Positions 14,173 to 18,728 of a DNA stretch of 18,728 bases are shown here, one piece after another. The position numbers were made by a program, and so were the translations under genes. Each line of letters starts with the position of its first letter. The stretch's first letter is position 1. The notes below the pieces were generated by a model. The model was not told the origin of the DNA. It saw only the letters and a program-made list of their open reading frames with translations, and made no database searches. The DNA lies in the NCBI GenBank assembly GCA_040081625.1, contig JBEBGD010000108.1, forward strand, positions 1 to 18,728, written 5' to 3'. Source of the stretch: Chthoniobacteraceae bacterium. Lineage in GTDB: Bacteria > Verrucomicrobiota > Verrucomicrobiia > Chthoniobacterales > Chthoniobacteraceae.

Positions 14173-16889
14173 ACGCATCGCCCGCCACGCCCGCGGCCTG
14201 GCATCAGCGCTCGGTCGAAGAAACGGTCGCCGCGCTCGGCGTCACGACCGCCGGGCTGTCCACCGCCGATGCCGCGCGTCGGCTCGCGGAGCACGGTCGT
14301 AACGAACTCACTGAGGGCGAAGCCATCAGTCCGTGGGCGATTTTTCTTGGGCAGTTCAAGAATCTCATCGTCTGGATTCTCATCGCTGCCGGCGTGATCA
14401 GCGGCGTTCTCGGCGAAGGCGTGGACGCGATTGCTATCCTCGCCATCGTCGTGCTCAACGCGGTGATCGGCTTCTACCAGGAATACAGCGCGGAGAAGTC
14501 CATCGCCGCGTTGCGGAAGATGACCGCGCCCAGCGCGAAGGTGGTGCGCGACGGCAAGGTGGCCGTCGTGCCGGCGGCGGAGGTGGTGCCCGGCGACATT
14601 CTGGAACTTGAAGCCGGCGACCTCGTGGCTGCGGACGCACGCGTGCTCGAAGCCGCCTCGCTGCGGTGCGTCGAGTCCGCGCTGACCGGTGAATCCGAAG
14701 CCGTGGACAAGCGTGCCACCACGCTCGACCGCGTCGACGTGCCGCTCGGGGATCGGGAGAACATGATCTTCATGGGGACGAGCGTGGCTGTGGGACAAGG
14801 CCGCGCGGTCATCGTCGGCACGGCGATGGACACGGAAATCGGCCGCATCGCGGGCTTGATCCAGGAAGCGGGGGCCGAGGACGGCACGCCGCTCCAGCAG
14901 AAGCTCGAAGCGTTCGGGCGCATCCTTGTGTGGGCATCGCTGGGCATTGTCGCGTTGCTCTTCGCCCTCGGCCTGGCGCGTGGAATGAAATTCTTCGAGC
15001 TGTTCATGACCTCGGTGAGCCTCGCCGTCGCCGCCGTCCCGGAGGGTCTGCCTGCGGTCGTGACCGTCTCGCTCGCGCTCGGCGTGCTGCGCATGTCCCG
15101 CCGACGCGCACTGGTGCGGCGATTGCCGGCGGTCGAAACACTCGGCTCCACGAGCGTCATCTGCACCGACAAGACCGGGACGCTGACCGTCGGCGAAATG
15201 ACCGTGCGCGAGCTTTACGTCGCCGGGCGCACTTTTGAAGTCACCGGCGAAGGCTATGGCCCACAGGGCGACGTGTTGTTCGAGGGGAAAGCGCGTGATG
15301 CACAGCACGCCGCGCCGCTGCTCGAACTCGGCAATATTCTCGTCGGCTGCAACAACGCCCACCTGGTCCTCGAAGACGGCAACTGGAAAGTCGTTGGCGA
15401 TCCGACCGAGGGCGCGCTGCTCGCGGTCGGGCAGAAAGCTGGCGGAGACAAGCAACGGCTCGATGCCGAGCGCCCGAAGCATCACGAGATTCCTTTCGAC
15501 TCCGACCGCAAGCGCCGCTCAGTCATCCGCGCGATGCCTGACGGACGGCTGCGCGCCTTCATCAACGGTGCGCCGGACGAACTGCTGCGGCTCTGCACGC
15601 ACCTCTACACCGCGGACGGCATTCGCCCCATCACCGACGACGACCGCAGCCGCATCACCGCGCAGAACACCAGCATGGCGGGCCGCGCGCTCCGCGTGCT
15701 CGGCTCGACGTTCCGCGATCTCGATCACAGCGCGCCCGCGCAACTCACCGCCGAAAGCGTCGAGCGCGATCTCGTCTTCGTCGGCCTCACCGGGATGTAT
15801 GACCCGCCGCGCGCGGAGGCGAAGGTCGCCGTCGCCAAGTGCCACGCCGCCGGCATCCGCGTGGTGATGATCACCGGCGATCACCCACACACGGCGCTGG
15901 CCATCGGTCGCGAGCTGGGCATCGCCACCGGCGACAGCGTGGCCCTTTCCGGCCTCGAACTCGACAAGCTCGACGACACCAAACTGGCCGCCCGCACCGC
16001 GCAAGTCGCCGTCTATGCCCGCGTCACTGCCGCGCACAAGCTGCGCATCATCCGTGCGTGGAAGGCCACCGGCGCCGTAGTCGCGATGACCGGCGACGGC
16101 GTGAACGACGCGCCGGCCATCAAAGGCGCGGACATCGGCATCGCGATGGGCCGCAGCGGCACCGAGGTCACGAAGCAGGCGTCCGACATGGTCATCACCG
16201 ACGACAACTTCGCCAGCATCGTCGCCGCCGTGGAGGAAGGCCGCGGCATCTACGACAACATCCGCAAGACGCTCCAATACTTGCTCGCCGGCAACTGCGG
16301 CGAGCTGCTGCTCATGACCGCCGCGATTGTGGCCGGGCTGCCCATGCCGCTGCTCGCGATCCATTTGCTGTGGATCAATCTCGTCACCGACGGCCTCCCT
16401 GCGCTCTGCCTCGCCACCGACCCGATCGACCCCGATGTGATGAAACAGCCGCCGCGCGCCCGGAACGAGCGCATCACCGACGGCGGTTTCCTTGGCACGA
16501 TGTTCCTTACCGGCTTGCTCACGGCTGGCGTCTCGTTCGCGGTCTATCTCTACGGCCTGAAAACCGAAACGCCTGAGATGGCCCGCACGCACGCCTTTGC
16601 CGCGCTGGTTTTCGCCGAGTTGCTGCGCTCCTTCGGCGCCCGCAGCGAGACGCGCCCGCTGTGGCGGATGAACCTCTTCTCGAACCTCAACCTGATCATC
16701 GTCGTGACGATTTCATTCAGCATCCAGGTCTGGAGTCATCACAACGTGATCTTGGCGAAGTTTCTCAAGACATCGCTCATCCCGTTGAGCGATTGCCTCA
16801 TGCTCCTCGCGGTCTCGACCATTCCGCTCCTCGTCCTTGAAGCCCGCAAGCTCTTCATCCGTCAGCGCGCGACGCCGCTTCCGGCATGA
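14169..16889 (+). CDS. Cation-transporting P-type ATPase, P2A (Ca2+, SERCA-like)
   Basis: LTGES, VPEGLP, DKTGTLT, MITGD, GDGVNDAP, GNCGE, WINLVTDG. GTG 14169 overlaps the upstream TGA and follows AAGGA. Confidence 0.93.
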   Translation: MNASPATPAAWHQRSVEETVAALGVTTAGLSTADAARRLAEHGRNELTEGEAISPWAIFLGQFKNLIVWILIAAGVISGVLGEGVDAIAILAIVVLNAVIGFYQEYSAEKSIAALRKMTAPSAKVVRDGKVAVVPAAEVVPGDILELEAGDLVAADARVLEAASLRCVESALTGESEAVDKRATTLDRVDVPLGDRENMIFMGTSVAVGQGRAVIVGTAMDTEIGRIAGLIQEAGAEDGTPLQQKLEAFGRILVWASLGIVALLFALGLARGMKFFELFMTSVSLAVAAVPEGLPAVVTVSLALGVLRMSRRRALVRRLPAVETLGSTSVICTDKTGTLTVGEMTVRELYVAGRTFEVTGEGYGPQGDVLFEGKARDAQHAAPLLELGNILVGCNNAHLVLEDGNWKVVGDPTEGALLAVGQKAGGDKQRLDAERPKHHEIPFDSDRKRRSVIRAMPDGRLRAFINGAPDELLRLCTHLYTADGIRPITDDDRSRITAQNTSMAGRALRVLGSTFRDLDHSAPAQLTAESVERDLVFVGLTGMYDPPRAEAKVAVAKCHAAGIRVVMITGDHPHTALAIGRELGIATGDSVALSGLELDKLDDTKLAARTAQVAVYARVTAAHKLRIIRAWKATGAVVAMTGDGVNDAPAIKGADIGIAMGRSGTEVTKQASDMVITDDNFASIVAAVEEGRGIYDNIRKTLQYLLAGNCGELLLMTAAIVAGLPMPLLAIHLLWINLVTDGLPALCLATDPIDPDVMKQPPRARNERITDGGFLGTMFLTGLLTAGVSFAVYLYGLKTETPEMARTHAFAALVFAELLRSFGARSETRPLWRMNLFSNLNLIIVVTISFSIQVWSHHNVILAKFLKTSLIPLSDCLMLLAVSTIPLLVLEARKLFIRQRATPLPA

Positions 16890-16912
16890 ATGCATCTGCG
16901 CGTAACCGCGGG

Positions 16913-17449
16913 CTACGGTCGAGCGGGTTCGCCGCAGGTGCAATCAAGGCAGCCGTGCGTGGCGCAGACGCGGCAGGTCGCTTCGAGCAGTTCACGCAGG
17001 CGGCGGCGGGCGCGGTGCAACTGCACGGTCAGTGCGTTCGCGCTGACGCCACGCTCGGCAGCGAGGACCGTCGGGCTGCCGCCGTTGAGATCCACGCGGC
17101 GGATCAAATCCCGATATTGTTCCGGAAGCTCTGGAAGCAGCCGCTCGAAGCAGGCGCAAAGCAGTCGCGTTTCCTCGGTGTCAGCCGCGGCCTCAAGGTC
17201 AGTCTCGTAGCGGGCGAGGGCGCGCTCCCGGGCATCGCGCCGCCGATGCAGGTCGATGATCGTCCGGCGCAGGATGCGATAGAACCAGCGCACGGCATCC
17301 GTCTCCGCCGGCTGATGCTCCGCGGTGATGGCTTTGAGCAGACTCTCCTGCACGGCATCGCGCGCCAGTTCGCCGTCGCCCAACTGCGCGCGGGCGAAGC
17401 CGGTGAAAGCGTCGAGATTTTCCAGCAAGATGGCGGCGGTATCAGCCAT
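16913..17449 (-). CDS. CorE-like ECF sigma factor with C-terminal Cys-rich domain (ECF44/ECF238 type)
   Basis: ARDAVQESLLKA, WFYRILRRTIID, inter-domain CAC, LHRARRRL, C-terminal CRVCATHGCLDCTC. No anti-sigma gene adjacent. Confidence 0.88.
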   Translation of the reverse strand: MADTAAILLENLDAFTGFARAQLGDGELARDAVQESLLKAITAEHQPAETDAVRWFYRILRRTIIDLHRRRDARERALARYETDLEAAADTEETRLLCACFERLLPELPEQYRDLIRRVDLNGGSPTVLAAERGVSANALTVQLHRARRRLRELLEATCRVCATHGCLDCTCGEPARP

Positions 17450-17484
17450 GCGCGCACCCTAGCGGCAGACGCTACTCGGCTCAA
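17450..17484 (-). promoter_or_regulatory. Sigma70-type leaderless promoter of the CorE-like gene
   Basis: The minus strand reads TTGAGC-N17-TAGGGT-N6-ATG. Confidence 0.65.
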
Positions 17485-17496
17485 TCCACGGCGAGG

Positions 17497-17523
17497 TGTA
17501 AGGTTTCGCCAGCTCCTGCGTTT
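17497..17523 (+). promoter_or_regulatory. Putative ECF promoter TGTAAG-N16-CGTTT for the P1B ATPase
   Basis: ECF-like -35/-10 arrangement 25 nt upstream of ATG 17549, directly beside the divergent CorE-like sigma gene. Confidence 0.55.
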
Positions 17524-17548
17524 GTCTCAGTAAAGGAACCGAACCACC

Positions 17549-18728
17549 ATGCCACACCCCGACCATCGTCACCCGACCGAGCCGACGACACCCGCTCCCA
17601 AGTCCTGCTCCGACACCGCCGCGCCCGCCCCGGAGGCGGCTGCCGCTACGCTCTCCTGCTGCTCCGGCGGCAAGGCAGCTCCTGCAACTTCGGAGCCAGC
17701 GACCGAAGTTCATTCCTGCTGCGGCGGAGAGAACGAACACGATCATGATCACGGCGATGTGAAGCCATCCGCGTCGGCGAAATACTTTTGCCCGATGTGC
17801 CCCGGCGTGGAGAGCGACAAGCCCGGCGCTTGCCCGAAGTGCGGCATGGCGCTGGAGCGGAACCCGACGTGGAAGCCAGCGGGAAAGACGATCTACACAT
17901 GCCCGATGCACCCGGAGATCGAGCAGGATCATCCGGGCAATTGCCCCAAGTGCGGCATGGCCCTTGAGCCGAAGACGATCGCGGCTGGGAGCGATGATGA
18001 GAACGACGAGTTGCGCGACATGACGCGCCGATTCTGGATCGGCGCGGCGCTCAGCCTGCCGGTGTTCCTAGTCGCGATGGCGCACATTTTCCCCGGCGCG
18101 CCGGCGTGGCTCGATAGCGATCCGTCGCGCTGGATGCAGTTCGCGCTCAGCACGCCGGTGGTGCTCTGGGCGGGCTGGCCGTTCTTCGTGCGCGGCTGGC
18201 AGTCGCTGGTGAATCGGCACTTGAACATGTTCACGCTCATCGCGATGGGCGTCGGCGTGGCGTGGCTCTACAGCGCGGTCGTGATGCTCGCGCCGGGCGT
18301 CTTCCCACCGTCGTTTCAGCATCACGGAAAGATCGGCGTCTATTTTGAAGCGGCGGCAGTCATCACCGTGCTCGTGTTGCTTGGGCAGGTGCTGGAACTG
18401 CGCGCCCGCAGCCGCACTGGCAACGCGATCCGCGCTTTGCTCGACCTCGCACCACCGACCGCGCGCGTCGTGCGCGATGGCGAAGAGCGAGAGCTGCCGC
18501 TCGATGAAGTGCAGCGCGGCGATCACCTCCGCGTGCGCCCCGGCGAGAAAGTGCCGGTCGATGGCCGCGTGATCGACGGTCAGACGAACGTCGATGAATC
18601 CATGCTCACCGGCGAGCCGCTCCCGATCGGGAAAGCGAGCGGCGACAAGGTGAGCGGCGGCACGGTGAATGGCACCGGCAGCTTTCTCATGGAAGCCGAG
18701 CGCGTCGGCAGCGACACGGTTCTCTCGC
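17549..18728 (+). CDS. copA: Copper-translocating P1B-type ATPase (CopA-like), 3'-truncated by the window; absent from the ORF track
   Basis: Manual translation: MPHPDHRH...SCC...[14 protein letters not shown]...[21 protein letters not shown]...[22 protein letters not shown]...LNMFTLI...YFEAAAVI...[10 protein letters not shown]...DESMLTGEP...GGTVNG. The CPx and DKTGT motifs lie beyond the window. Confidence 0.9.
   Translation, partial: MPHPDHRHPTEPTTPAPKSCSDTAAPAPEAAAATLSCCSGGKAAPATSEPATEVHSCCGGENEHDHDHGDVKPSASAKYFCPMCPGVESDKPGACPKCGMALERNPTWKPAGKTIYTCPMHPEIEQDHPGNCPKCGMALEPKTIAAGSDDENDELRDMTRRFWIGAALSLPVFLVAMAHIFPGAPAWLDSDPSRWMQFALSTPVVLWAGWPFFVRGWQSLVNRHLNMFTLIAMGVGVAWLYSAVVMLAPGVFPPSFQHHGKIGVYFEAAAVITVLVLLGQVLELRARSRTGNAIRALLDLAPPTARVVRDGEERELPLDEVQRGDHLRVRPGEKVPVDGRVIDGQTNVDESMLTGEPLPIGKASGDKVSGGTVNGTGSFLMEAERVGSDTVLS

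Noticed and set aside
14103..16592. Long antisense ORFs (14103..15485, 15519..16592)
   Set aside because: Shadows of the P2A ATPase.
16886..17533. 215-aa plus-strand ORF coupled to the P2A ATPase stop
   Set aside because: Antisense to the clearly recognisable CorE-like sigma gene.
17459..18572. Minus-strand and short ORFs listed at the right end
   Set aside because: They overlap the P1B ATPase frame (17549 onward), which the track omitted because it has no stop in the window.

Overview
A GC-rich bacterial window, probably Verrucomicrobiota or another PVC lineage (inferred from A-rich leaders without Shine-Dalgarno sites and from the protein families). It opens with the 3' part of a phage major-capsid-like gene and its terminator, then switches abruptly to a ~18 kb heavy-metal (most likely copper) homeostasis island. 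The island contains, in order: a small secreted Cys protein; a cnrYXH-like anti-sigma/periplasmic sensor/ECF sigma module; a Cys-rich membrane ORF ending in HAPP; a PocR-domain AraC regulator with a TauE/SafE exporter; three small secreted His/Cys/Met proteins; a stand-alone ATP-synthase-epsilon-like ORF coupled to a cusCBA-type RND pump; an OB-fold-like protein; an AAA_28 ATPase with a Ca-type P2A ATPase; and a CorE-like Cys-rich ECF sigma divergent from a P1B copper ATPase (cut by the window end). Repeated non-coding motifs suggest a two-step cascade. One ECF-type promoter precedes both the sigma operon and the AraC gene, and duplicated 21-bp-periodic boxes precede the small-protein/cus genes. 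All family calls come from motif recognition by eye, not database searches.
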